Positions 32,101 through 39,554 of a stretch of 40,221 nt of DNA are shown piece after piece. The DNA comes from an uncultured Methanosarcinales archaeon. GTDB lineage: Archaea > Nanobdellota > Nanobdellia > Woesearchaeales > DSVV01. The notes below the pieces were generated by a model that worked only from the letters and a program-made list of their open reading frames with translations, was not told the DNA's origin and did not search any database. A program made the position numbers and the translations under genes. Numbering within the stretch: position 1 is the first letter of the stretch; each line of letters begins with the position of its first letter. Where the stretch lies: the NCBI GenBank assembly GCA_964590935.1, contig CAZPXC010000002.1:12885-53105 (forward strand), read 5' to 3'.

Positions 32101-35100
32101 TCAAGAACGTGAGGCTGACAGTGACGACAGACGAAGCTGCTACATGCACAGCGACCAGCTACAAGATAGGCTCCAGCGTAACTTCTACAGATAAGGTGCT
32201 TACGCCCGCAAACGCAAACAATGTCAGCCATACTGCATATTTCAACGCAACATCGGAGTCATCCGGCTATAATTTCTATTTCACTGTCCAGTGCATAGAT
32301 TCAGAAAGCAACAGCAGGACAAGCACAGTGTATTTCAAGCTTGACGACACGACAGCCCCAACTGCAACTTTTGTCTCGCCCACTCCGGCAGACGGCTCAG
32401 TCAAGGACAGCGAAAACCTGACAGTCAAGCTGAGCGTGAGCGAGGGGCAGGCATCAGGCTATCCGAAGCTGAGCATCGACGGCGGCTCAAATGCCAGCAT
32501 GACAAGCAGCAGCGGCTATTATACATACACCAAGAAAGACCTTTCCGAGGGCAGCCACAACTTCACTGTCTACCTCTCTGATGCGTATGGTAACAAGCGC
32601 TCATATACTAGGGACTATACAGTCGATACAGAGGCTCCGGACTTTGATGAGATGTATCCTGAGGATGATGATGTTATCAGCAACTGCATGGACCTCGTCC
32701 TTAACATCACCCTTGATGAGGAGGCTGACTGCCAGTATGTCCTTTATGAATACAGGGAGGAAAAATACGACAGCTGCATAGATAACTGCGATGAGGATAA
32801 GACCTCATGCAACGATGATGAAGACAAGACCACCACCGAATGCAACGATGATTATGACACTTGCGAGAGCGACTGCGATGATGATAAATACAGGGAGAAG
32901 AAGAGCGGCGACCTGAAAGAGGAATACGGGGTAGAGGACTGCAAGAATGACTGCGACGATGTGGAGGACAGCTGCGTCGATGACTGCAAGGACGAAAAGG
33001 CAACATGCATAGAGGGGGCATCCGACAGCAGTGATAGAGACGACTGCACGAGTAATTATGAAGACTGCAAGGATTCGTGCTCTGACGATAAGGATGACTG
33101 CTATGACGACTGCAACACAGGAAGCTTCTTCTACGTGGAAAAATTCGACACCACCTGTCTTGCAGACGGGGACTACATGGCAGAATACACCTGCGAGGAT
33201 AACGCGTCAAACGTGGGTGAGGAGAACGTCACGTTCACCATGAGCGACACCACAGCGCCGGAAATCGTCTTGACGAGCCCGAACGGCACCATCGAAAAGT
33301 CCAGCACAAAGCTGAGCGTGACAACAGATGAGTATGCAGTATGCAGGTTCTCTGAGAGCAACGTGGGCTATGGATCCATGAACTATACATTCATAGGCAA
33401 CACCAAGACGCACACCTACACATTGGGAGGACTTGAGAACAAGGACTACCAGTTCTATGTGCTGTGCAACGATTCAAACGGCAATGTGATGGACAATGCG
33501 GAAAAGATCGCGTTCACTGTTAGCAGCTCCACAGCTTCATCATCAGTATCACATGGGTTCAAGACGATGAAAGCAGGAGAGTCGCAGTCATTCATCATCA
33601 GCCAGACAGACATCCCGGTCACAAAGATCACGGTCACGGTGAATGAGGACGTGCAGGCTGCAAACATCAATGTCAAGAAACTGTCCGATACCTCAAGCAT
33701 CAAAAAGCCTTCAAAGCCTGTATACCAGTACATCGAGGTGACCAAGGACGGAATATCGAACAAGCAGATCGCCAAGGCGACCATCGATTTCATGGTGCCG
33801 AAGTCATGGCTCGATGACAACGGACTGAAGCCCGAAGATGTGTCGCTTTTCAGGTATACCACGACCTGGGAGGAGGTGCCCACGACAAAGATAAGCGAAG
33901 ACGGCAATAATGCATATTACCAGGCCGAGACCACTGATTTCAGCGTCTTTGCGATAATGCCGGACGGCGTCCAGGCAACTACGACGACGACAAAACAGGC
34001 GACCCAGAGCAGCGATTCACAGGCAAAGACCGCCGCATCTTCCCCTGATAACAGCAGCAAAGAGGCCAGCGTCGAGCAGCCGGCAGATGTTGCTGAAAGT
34101 GGCGGCAGCTATACATGGCTTATCATTCTTCTATGTGTTGTGGTTGTGGGAGGTGGCTCAGCAGTCTTTTACGTCTATAAGTCACATAGACACCCCCAAC
34201 AAGACTCCTTTGCTGAAGCACATAAGCAACCAACACACTCAGCTGCAGCAGGCGAGAGATCTACTTCTCAGTCGGCTCTCTCTGCTGCAGCTTCATTATC
34301 ACCAGAGCAGGTCCAGGAGGCTGAATCTGCTGTGAGGCCGGACGATGAGCTTGGGCAGTACATCGTCGCCTCGCTGAAAAGCGGCCAGGACATCCAAGCT
34401 GTAAAAAAAGCTCTGCTCGATGCGGGCTATGACGAGGACAGCATCGGAGCAGAACTGGCCGAACTGAAGCTTGCAGACCCGCTCGCTGATTACATCAAGA
34501 CCGCGCTCGAGGCAGGCCAGGAGCTTGACGTGATAAAAAACGGGCTTATAGATGCAGGCTACGGCCCGCAGGATGTCGTGAACAAGTTTTCCGACATGGG
34601 CCTAGCAAAGATGGACTCTGGCCGGCAGGACATGGAGATAAACGATTACATAAGAGCATCTCTGGGGTCCGGGATGAGGCCAGGAGATATAAAGCAGGCG
34701 CTGCAGGATGCAGGCCATGATCCGGGCCATATAGACGAGCTTATGGCTGCATTTGAAAGCCCGCAGCCGGCAGAGAGTGGCGAAACAGTGGAGCAACCGC
34801 CCGAGGAAAGTGCCCAGGTTTCGGAACAGCAATCGCCTGAAGAACAGGCACAGCCAGAGGATGCTGATGCAGAGATAAAGGAATATATTACAAAATCTTT
34901 TAGAGCTGGAGAGGACGCTTCGCAGATAAGGACAGCTCTTGTCGGCGCCGGCCACGGTCCGGAAAAGGTCGACAGGCTCATCTCTGGTATTGTGGAAGGT
35001 TCAGGGACGCAGCAGCCTCAGGAAGAGCAGGAAAAGGCAGAGCCTGCCAAAACTGATGCAGAACAGGAAAAACCGCAGAGCGCAGAAGACCACACTCCCA

Positions 35101-35375
35101 AGCATGACGAGGTAATGGATTATATCAAGGACGCGACAGAAGACAGGGTCCCCAGAAGGGTCATCAAGACCGCGCTCGTGAAGGCAGGCCACAGCAAGAA
35201 GGAGATAGACAAGAGGTTCAGGGAGATAGACACAGCGCAGAAGAAGATGGAAAGGGACATAAGGCAGTATTTCAGGATAGGAAAGAAAGAGGGCAAGACA
35301 AAGAAGCAGATAAAGGAAGACCTGATAGATTCCGGCATAGACGCCAGGACCATCAGGAAGATCGCCAAGGTCTAG
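29103..35375 (+). CDS. giant (2090 aa) cell-surface glycoprotein or adhesin with a TM helix and cytoplasmic repeat tail
   Basis: Order of parts: signal peptide MRRQYMLLAMLIIAAASAQA; beta-helix-like N-domain (CSTGCDFTNITGAL...); about 7 FN3-like modules (SAPxISN...ITFDTDD...YGT...NITGL..NTTYYYNIT); Ig-like DTxAP modules; a Cys/Asp-rich insert; a PGF-pre-PGF-like domain (VYQYIEVTKDG...DFSVFAIMP); a Thr-rich linker; the TM helix WLIILLCVVVVGGGSAVFYVY; and a roughly 398-aa tail. Confidence 0.9.
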   Translation: MRRQYMLLAMLIIAAASAQAAQYSVCSTGCDFTNITGALENVTGTGNTLFINGSGTYNMTNTTTFFVYAASSNGGLSVNASDVILECNNVSIAGNSTGYGIFVTADNVTVHNCQVSNYTQGIRILGSSQDSVVSGSIISDSDYGLWVSASNYTLITGSTISSAASSAVQFANGAVNNTLLNCIIQSSVQDISSSGTGSSNLVVNSSFDGSKSTNVQDSSRVFVKWYFRVFVNDTSGNQVNATVNISDSFSTLAYSLQTDASGYTAEKNITEYMRNSSSSSIFYTNYTFYAYNSTNFENSSVNVTGSGTIVLTFDLTAPQISGIQNSTSNESVNITWTTDDLSNSSIRWGNSSASLNNALSNSSMTRVHFINISDEYSNKTHLDANTTYYFNITSCNDQGLCTEAGVFNFTTNTTIDRSAPSASNIVNTTTNESALITFDTDDNANATVEYGTNVSMTLSTGNSSYNQNHTFNITGLSDNTTYYYNITVCNGDQYCNEYGSYNFTTNATIDYSAPVISNILNTTTNESVLITFDTDDNANATIEYGTNVSMTLSTGNSSYNQNHTFNITGLDSNTTYYYNITACNSNGNCTEQGVYNFTTNQTTPDTSAPVISNIMNTTTNSTATITFDTDDSANATIKYGTSTSLGSSAKNSTLAHNHSFSITGLDSNTTYYLNITACNSYDNCTEQGTYSFTTNATIDTSAPAISNIINTTTNSTATITFDTDDSANATIKYGTSTSLGSSAKNSTLAHNHSFSITGLDSNTTYYYNITACNIYGYCSEDGTYSYQTNTTPDQSPPVISSVSNSSITNISAVISWTTNEAANSTVKYGTSSGSYTASKGSATMTTSHSVTLTGLSDETTYYYAVNSSDASGNSAQGSEKSFTTSDSTPPVISSVQSSGVMGTSATISWTTDETADSQVKYGTTSNSYSHSKSTTGYFTNHSIALSGLSGDTTYYYRVVSNDSTGNSAQSSQGSFTTTDTEAPSITFTYPVNASTTVADVKNVRLTVTTDEAATCTATSYKIGSSVTSTDKVLTPANANNVSHTAYFNATSESSGYNFYFTVQCIDSESNSRTSTVYFKLDDTTAPTATFVSPTPADGSVKDSENLTVKLSVSEGQASGYPKLSIDGGSNASMTSSSGYYTYTKKDLSEGSHNFTVYLSDAYGNKRSYTRDYTVDTEAPDFDEMYPEDDDVISNCMDLVLNITLDEEADCQYVLYEYREEKYDSCIDNCDEDKTSCNDDEDKTTTECNDDYDTCESDCDDDKYREKKSGDLKEEYGVEDCKNDCDDVEDSCVDDCKDEKATCIEGASDSSDRDDCTSNYEDCKDSCSDDKDDCYDDCNTGSFFYVEKFDTTCLADGDYMAEYTCEDNASNVGEENVTFTMSDTTAPEIVLTSPNGTIEKSSTKLSVTTDEYAVCRFSESNVGYGSMNYTFIGNTKTHTYTLGGLENKDYQFYVLCNDSNGNVMDNAEKIAFTVSSSTASSSVSHGFKTMKAGESQSFIISQTDIPVTKITVTVNEDVQAANINVKKLSDTSSIKKPSKPVYQYIEVTKDGISNKQIAKATIDFMVPKSWLDDNGLKPEDVSLFRYTTTWEEVPTTKISEDGNNAYYQAETTDFSVFAIMPDGVQATTTTTKQATQSSDSQAKTAASSPDNSSKEASVEQPADVAESGGSYTWLIILLCVVVVGGGSAVFYVYKSHRHPQQDSFAEAHKQPTHSAAAGERSTSQSALSAAASLSPEQVQEAESAVRPDDELGQYIVASLKSGQDIQAVKKALLDAGYDEDSIGAELAELKLADPLADYIKTALEAGQELDVIKNGLIDAGYGPQDVVNKFSDMGLAKMDSGRQDMEINDYIRASLGSGMRPGDIKQALQDAGHDPGHIDELMAAFESPQPAESGETVEQPPEESAQVSEQQSPEEQAQPEDADAEIKEYITKSFRAGEDASQIRTALVGAGHGPEKVDRLISGIVEGSGTQQPQEEQEKAEPAKTDAEQEKPQSAEDHTPKHDEVMDYIKDATEDRVPRRVIKTALVKAGHSKKEIDKRFREIDTAQKKMERDIRQYFRIGKKEGKTKKQIKEDLIDSGIDARTIRKIAKV
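30348..31478 (+). repeat. four tandem 282-285 bp coding repeats (FN3-like modules) inside the giant gene
   Basis: Units start at 30348, 30630, 30915 and 31197. Positions 30948-31118 and 31230-31400 are identical over 171 nt. Units 1 and 2 are roughly 90% identical by eye. Confidence 0.9.
34341..35372 (+). repeat. six divergent cytoplasmic protein repeats (about 35-aa core, helix-rich) in the giant protein tail
   Basis: The six cores are YIVASLKSGQDIQAVKKALLDAGYDEDSIGAEL, YIKTALEAGQELDVIKNGLIDAGYGPQDVVNKF, YIRASLGSGMRPGDIKQALQDAGHDPGHIDELM, YITKSFRAGEDASQIRTALVGAGHGPEKVDRLI, YIKDATEDRVPRRVIKTALVKAGHSKKEIDKRF and YFRIGKKEGKTKKQIKEDLIDSGIDARTIRKIA. Confidence 0.8.
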
Positions 35376-35412
35376 ATTTGTGGTTTCATGATATTCTCTG
35401 ATGTTGTTTTTT

Positions 35413-35627
35413 CTTGATAGTGCGAGAGAAATTTTTCCATCCACTGGCGGCTGGTTCGGCTTAAACACGGCACTGATGGTGCCTGCCGAACCAGCGCCAA
35501 TGGAATATAATTATTCCGCCGTTTTAAAATAGACGGAATTATTATGGTCTGAGAAAACTGACATAGTCAGTTTTCGATTGACAAATTTCTGTTAGAGCAG
35601 CCCTTCGAGCTGGCTTGCTGCACAGAA
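35413..35627 (+). repeat. structured intergenic repeat family, copy C (3'-truncated)
   Basis: Hairpin 1 at 35446-35498, hairpin 2 at 35507-35545 and hairpin 3 at 35553-35575 are collinear with copy B. It starts right after the T6 run (35407-35412) that follows the giant gene stop. Confidence 0.65.
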
Positions 35628-35765
35628 AGAAAGATGTGCAAAGACAGAAAAGATGGAGTTGAGCTATAGGTATATCTTTATCCAGCACCGGGGATCAGTA
35701 TATCATATTATAGAAAAGACCGCCTTTCGAAAAATATAAAAACAAAGGAGCATACTGTATACAAT

Positions 35766-35906
35766 ATGGCTACTGAAACTGTTACAATTCCAAAAGAAGA
35801 GTATGAATTTCTTAAAAAGAAAGCTCAGATAGATGAAGATCTATTGAATCAGTTTGTCAGAAGCCTGGAAGACATTAAAAACGGAAGAATCAGAAGAGTT
35901 TGCTAA
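35766..35906 (+). CDS. 46-aa putative antitoxin-like protein (below the ORF-track cutoff)
   Basis: MATETVTIPKEEYEFLKKKAQIDEDLLNQFVRSLEDIKNGRIRRVC. A TATA-like AAAAATATAAAAA and AAAGGAG lie upstream. Its 3' end overlaps the convergent RelE gene by 4 nt. Size and charge pattern resemble small archaeal antitoxins, but this is a weak call. Confidence 0.4.
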   Translation: MATETVTIPKEEYEFLKKKAQIDEDLLNQFVRSLEDIKNGRIRRVC

Positions 35907-36220
35907 AGCCTTTTGAGGGCTTCTTTTACTATATCCTGATATTCATAAAGTTTAAATCTAATCGAATCTATAGTCGATTGCTGTGTTTTCTTATCGCTTA
36001 CAGCTACCATCAGAACAACCACGAAATCTTCATAGATCAGGTAATATATTCTTCTTTTGTTTAGCTTCTTTTCCTTCAGGAATGAGAGTCCAAGTGGCTT
36101 TCCAACAAAAGGATTTTCAGAAAGCTTTCTTTCGAATTTCTCTACTTCTCTTTGTTCAGTTTTAGGTAGCTTATCAAATTGCCTGTCAAATTCCTCTGTC
36201 CTGAAAACCTTGAATTTCAT
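35903..36220 (-). CDS. relE: RelE/ParE-family type II toxin
   Basis: 105 aa. MKFKVFRTEEFDRQFDKLPKTEQREVEKFERKLSENPFVGKPLG...RRIYYLIYEDFVVVLMVAVSDKKTQQSTID matches the RelE/ParE (COG2026-like) sequence pattern. Confidence 0.75.
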   Translation of the reverse strand: MKFKVFRTEEFDRQFDKLPKTEQREVEKFERKLSENPFVGKPLGLSFLKEKKLNKRRIYYLIYEDFVVVLMVAVSDKKTQQSTIDSIRFKLYEYQDIVKEALKRL

Positions 36221-36363
36221 ACCAGGGTCATTTAGAACTTCAAAGTTTTTAAATCTATCTACAGTAGTATGTGCTGATTTGCCATCTCCAGATTGGATAT
36301 AATATAGGGGATATACGATGTTCTGAGCAGAGCTAAGAAGCCGGCCCAGGCAGGCATCTAAGC

Positions 36364-36849
36364 TCAGATTATCTTCTCACATTTAGTGCCTAACCTATCG
36401 CTGTCTATTATGTCATTCAGCTGCTGCTCATTTAAGGTCATCTCGCCTCCGGATGCAGCCTTACAGAAATATAGTTCGGTAAACGGGTCGTCATCCATTA
36501 CATGGTGTATCAGGTCAGACGTATCATGCGTATCAGTCCATCCGCTGTTCCATTCATCCGTAGTTACATCAAAGAAAACAGACCCCTCAACATAATCTTT
36601 TGTGCAGCCATAGACAGATGTATAATACCCCTTGTCCAGGGCCTTCATCCCTTTGGAAAATCCCGGCACTGTTGCGACGATATTTTGCTTAAGATTTACT
36701 CCGCCGCCCAGATAATCGGAATAATCATCCCTGGTCTTATAGACCCAGCTGCAAGGGGCATTGCCAGAAGTTTTTACATTACAGCCAGCGATTAGCATTA
36801 TCCCTAGCATTAAGATAATTCCAGCGACAGAACAATATTTTTTATCCAT
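36364..36849 (-). CDS. putative secreted lipoprotein, function unknown
   Basis: 161 aa. MDKKYCSVAGIILMLGIMLIAGC is a signal peptide plus the lipobox IAGC. Confidence 0.6.
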   Translation of the reverse strand: MDKKYCSVAGIILMLGIMLIAGCNVKTSGNAPCSWVYKTRDDYSDYLGGGVNLKQNIVATVPGFSKGMKALDKGYYTSVYGCTKDYVEGSVFFDVTTDEWNSGWTDTHDTSDLIHHVMDDDPFTELYFCKAASGGEMTLNEQQLNDIIDSDRLGTKCEKII

Positions 36850-36907
36850 ATCTGGTATTTTGTCAAGTATCTTATTTAAACTTTTTGGAATGGGAAATCA
36901 TGTATAA

Positions 36908-37168
36908 TTTCGCGGCCCGCTCGCGCAGATCTTAACTGAAAGGGCGTTTGCCAGGTATCAATCAGGCAGGTACCATGAAGCCATAGCTGACTGCACCCTG
37001 GCCCTGGAGCAGCAACCAAACAATGTGGTCGCATTACAATCCAGAGCCACCATATACCAAGCAGTCGGCAGGTCTGACCTTGCCGAAGCAGACAATGCAG
37101 CACTCAGTTTGTACAAAAATGCTGATTCTTTGATCGGCCTGGTCCAACAGAAAGAGCCGAGGAAATGA
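36908..37168 (+). pseudogene. start-less TPR-repeat gene fragment
   Basis: An open frame of 86 codons with no start reads ...ERAFARYQSGRYHEAIADCTLALEQQPNNVVALQSRATIYQAVGRSDLAEADNAAL..., a clear TPR pattern. It is noticeably more G+C-rich than its flanks. Confidence 0.55.
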
Positions 37169-37173
37169 TTCAG

Positions 37174-37211
37174 ACGTTTTTAGAGTACAGCCAGCGATCA
37201 GCATTATCCCC
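37174..37211 (-). pseudogene. duplicated fragment of the lipoprotein signal-peptide/lipobox coding region
   Basis: tacagccagcgatcagcattatcccc (37186-37211) matches 36780-36805 at 25 of 26 positions. The minus strand encodes GIMLIAGCTLKTSE, versus GIMLIAGCNVKTSG in the intact gene. An in-frame TGA lies just upstream. Confidence 0.5.
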
Positions 37212-37277
37212 GACCATCATAACATCGGACAAATCGTAAAATATATATAATACGTTAATAACTCCTTAGGAGTAAAA

Positions 37278-37901
37278 ATGTTTCGTATTGAAAATCCTTA
37301 TTTAGAGGAGTTTTTAGCGAATTCAAGAAAAGCCAGGGATGGGATTGCTAGTAATCCGGGTCTTATTGAAAGAATTACAGAGAAAGTTAAAATCAAAGAT
37401 TGTCACAGAGAGTTCTACATTCCGAATAGCTGGGATAAGGAAGTCTATATGCCAATAGAGCCGGGCAAATTTGGAATGAAAAAAAGAAAAGACATAGAAA
37501 ATATGAAAATTGAGGCAACATTCACTGCAGATATCTATCACCCTGCCCTGCCTATGTCCCCTTTTGTTGTTATTTTAGGTGAAAGATCAGTATCAGATTA
37601 CATCTATATTGTCAAGGACTTTGGAGAGTTACAACATAAACAGATAAAGACACCTGACACTAATTTTCCAGAAATTGTCAGATACTTGACCAGGAAAGGA
37701 TATATATCGGAAGAGTGGGAAAATATTTTTGATATTGATATGGGAGGAAACCTGGTAATGGTTGATCTAAATTGTGGAAACATGGATTATTATAATTTGT
37801 TAGAGATTCTAGAAGGTGTAAATGAAGGCAAAGGAAGATTTGCAAGATTGTCTAAAGTATGGGATACTTTGAGCTCATCCGAGTATAAAATTGATTTATG
37901 A
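37278..37901 (+). CDS. hypothetical protein (no recognisable domain)
   Basis: 207 aa with an AGGAG Shine-Dalgarno 5 nt upstream. G+C is low (one 60-nt line counted at 33%). No signal peptide or TM helix. Confidence 0.6.
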   Translation: MFRIENPYLEEFLANSRKARDGIASNPGLIERITEKVKIKDCHREFYIPNSWDKEVYMPIEPGKFGMKKRKDIENMKIEATFTADIYHPALPMSPFVVILGERSVSDYIYIVKDFGELQHKQIKTPDTNFPEIVRYLTRKGYISEEWENIFDIDMGGNLVMVDLNCGNMDYYNLLEILEGVNEGKGRFARLSKVWDTLSSSEYKIDL

Positions 37902-38254
37902 CTGACAGATTTAAGCCTCTGGCTCGTTTCTTTAAGCGCAAATTCGATTGCGTATATTTACGATTTGACGAAGTTATTAGACAAAGGAGCAAAATTTGAG
38001 GTTCCTATTAAATCCCCCGAACAAAGTGAGCAATCAAGACACAGAATCAAGGGACTTTGGCATTTAGAGTGAATTATTGAAACTAACATGGGAATTTAAC
38101 GAAGTCAATCTGGGAGAAGAACGAACCGGTTAATTCCTGTTAAATGTCTTGAGCTACTCAGTGGAGAAGGTCGAGTACTGCAGAGCGATGCCGGAAGTAT
38201 CCAAAGTAAGCGGCCGCTGCAATATTAATAGTCCCTGAATAGTGGTAAAAATAG

Positions 38255-38267
38255 AAAGATTTAAATA
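38255..38267 (+). promoter_or_regulatory. BRE/TATA-like AAAGATTTAAATA
   Basis: Identical 13-mer to 15761 and 28777, ending 35 nt upstream of ATG 38303. Confidence 0.45.
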
Positions 38268-38302
38268 CTACCAGACATTTCAGTAATTATAATTAGGTAA
38301 AA

Positions 38303-38881
38303 ATGGGTCACAAAAAATTAGGTTCAAATGAAATGCCTGAAAACCTAAAGGCTTTCTATGAAAAAGAGAGAGGGTATATAGGTCACAGGGTTATGCTTAA
38401 CCTAAGAGCTATTCCGTATAGAGAAGTTAATGGCGTTATTAAAGACCTTGAAATTGCCTATATTGATAGAGATGACCCATGGAATTCCTGGCTTAATTAT
38501 GTAATTGAAACAGATGAAGGGATTGAAAGACACGATATGATTAGAGACGTACAAGGAATTTCTGATCTAGGGGTTGCTGAAGAGTTGGATCGTATTTGTG
38601 AACTAGATGGGACGTTTCCCGGTGATATAAAAACAATAGACGATGTGGCTGATTATATGAATCCTCTAATTCAAGGTATATTTGTAGGTAGACTTCATAA
38701 AGGACATCCAATCACAACATTCGATGAAGAATTTCCTGATATCAACTATTTGGCGAGAGAAATTAAAAAGGCAGTAAAAAACGGCATAATAAGTTGGGGA
38801 CAATTACATCAAGGGAGTACTGCTTGCCATTGCAGGAATGAGCAAGAATTTGATCAATGGTTAACTTACAGAAGTTCTTGA
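38303..38881 (+). CDS. hypothetical protein (no recognisable domain)
   Basis: 192 aa, acidic, no signal peptide or TM helix. It has its own consensus promoter. Confidence 0.6.
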   Translation: MGHKKLGSNEMPENLKAFYEKERGYIGHRVMLNLRAIPYREVNGVIKDLEIAYIDRDDPWNSWLNYVIETDEGIERHDMIRDVQGISDLGVAEELDRICELDGTFPGDIKTIDDVADYMNPLIQGIFVGRLHKGHPITTFDEEFPDINYLAREIKKAVKNGIISWGQLHQGSTACHCRNEQEFDQWLTYRSS

Positions 38882-39035
38882 TAAATCGGATAAAAAACGC
38901 CAACCCATCCTCATCGTTTTCAGGACTTATTTTCAATTTCGGATAACATCGGAATTAAGCGAAGTCACACGAAGTGCAATAAAGGAATACATAAAAAAGT
39001 AAAAGCATTTAAAACCAGATTTATTATCTCTGGAT

Positions 39036-39458
39036 ATGTCAGCTAAAATTCAAGCATATATCGGCCAAATGTTCCAGCTAGCGACTCCTTATGATGAAGG
39101 TTTAGCTAATGATCATATAGACATATCACCGGAGATGAATTGTGGAGCCGCAGCAAAGTTTTACAATGACAAAAGCAGATTGAAATACCATGGGGTGTTA
39201 AGAAAAGACTATTGTAAAGGTGATGGGCCTAATGATACAGGCACTGGTTCTTCGCGTAAGTTTAATTCAGTTACTGAAATATTTGGTGATTTTGAAACTG
39301 TCTTACCTTTAGAAGAAGCAATTGAGAGGGCTGAAAGAATAGCCAAACATGAAGGGGTTGCAGTTCTAGTTCAAAGAGAATATTCTGATAGACCATCCTT
39401 AGAAGTCCATCGGGAAATCCATTGGCATCCAGAAAACTGGACTCCAATGATCATGTAA
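39036..39458 (+). CDS. hypothetical protein (no recognisable domain)
   Basis: 140 aa. A TATA-like CATTTAAAA lies about 20 nt upstream, suggesting a leaderless start. Confidence 0.55.
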   Translation: MSAKIQAYIGQMFQLATPYDEGLANDHIDISPEMNCGAAAKFYNDKSRLKYHGVLRKDYCKGDGPNDTGTGSSRKFNSVTEIFGDFETVLPLEEAIERAERIAKHEGVAVLVQREYSDRPSLEVHREIHWHPENWTPMIM

Positions 39459-39554
39459 ATGCTTTCGCTTCCAAAAACAGGACTTTTTCTCGATTGAAAC
39501 TGACGTCTTTTCAGATTACCCTAACGCAGCGGACAAGCCCATATTTTCCCGGCA

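Noticed and set aside
32707-33907. Antisense ORFs (167 aa and 150 aa) inside the giant gene.
   Set aside because: Their composition (R/S/C/H/P-rich) is typical of the reverse frame of a D/C/E-rich coding region. The plus frame is continuous for 6.3 kb.
36876-37103. 75-aa minus-strand ORF in the fragment region.
   Set aside because: It is antisense to the much more protein-like TPR frame, has implausible W/C/L/R-rich composition, and has no promoter.
37219-37229. 11-mer ataacatcgga shared upstream of the 37278 and 39036 genes (also at 38943-38953).
   Set aside because: In a 40-kb window, on the order of a hundred or more exact 11-mer coincidences are expected by chance, and no flanking similarity was seen.
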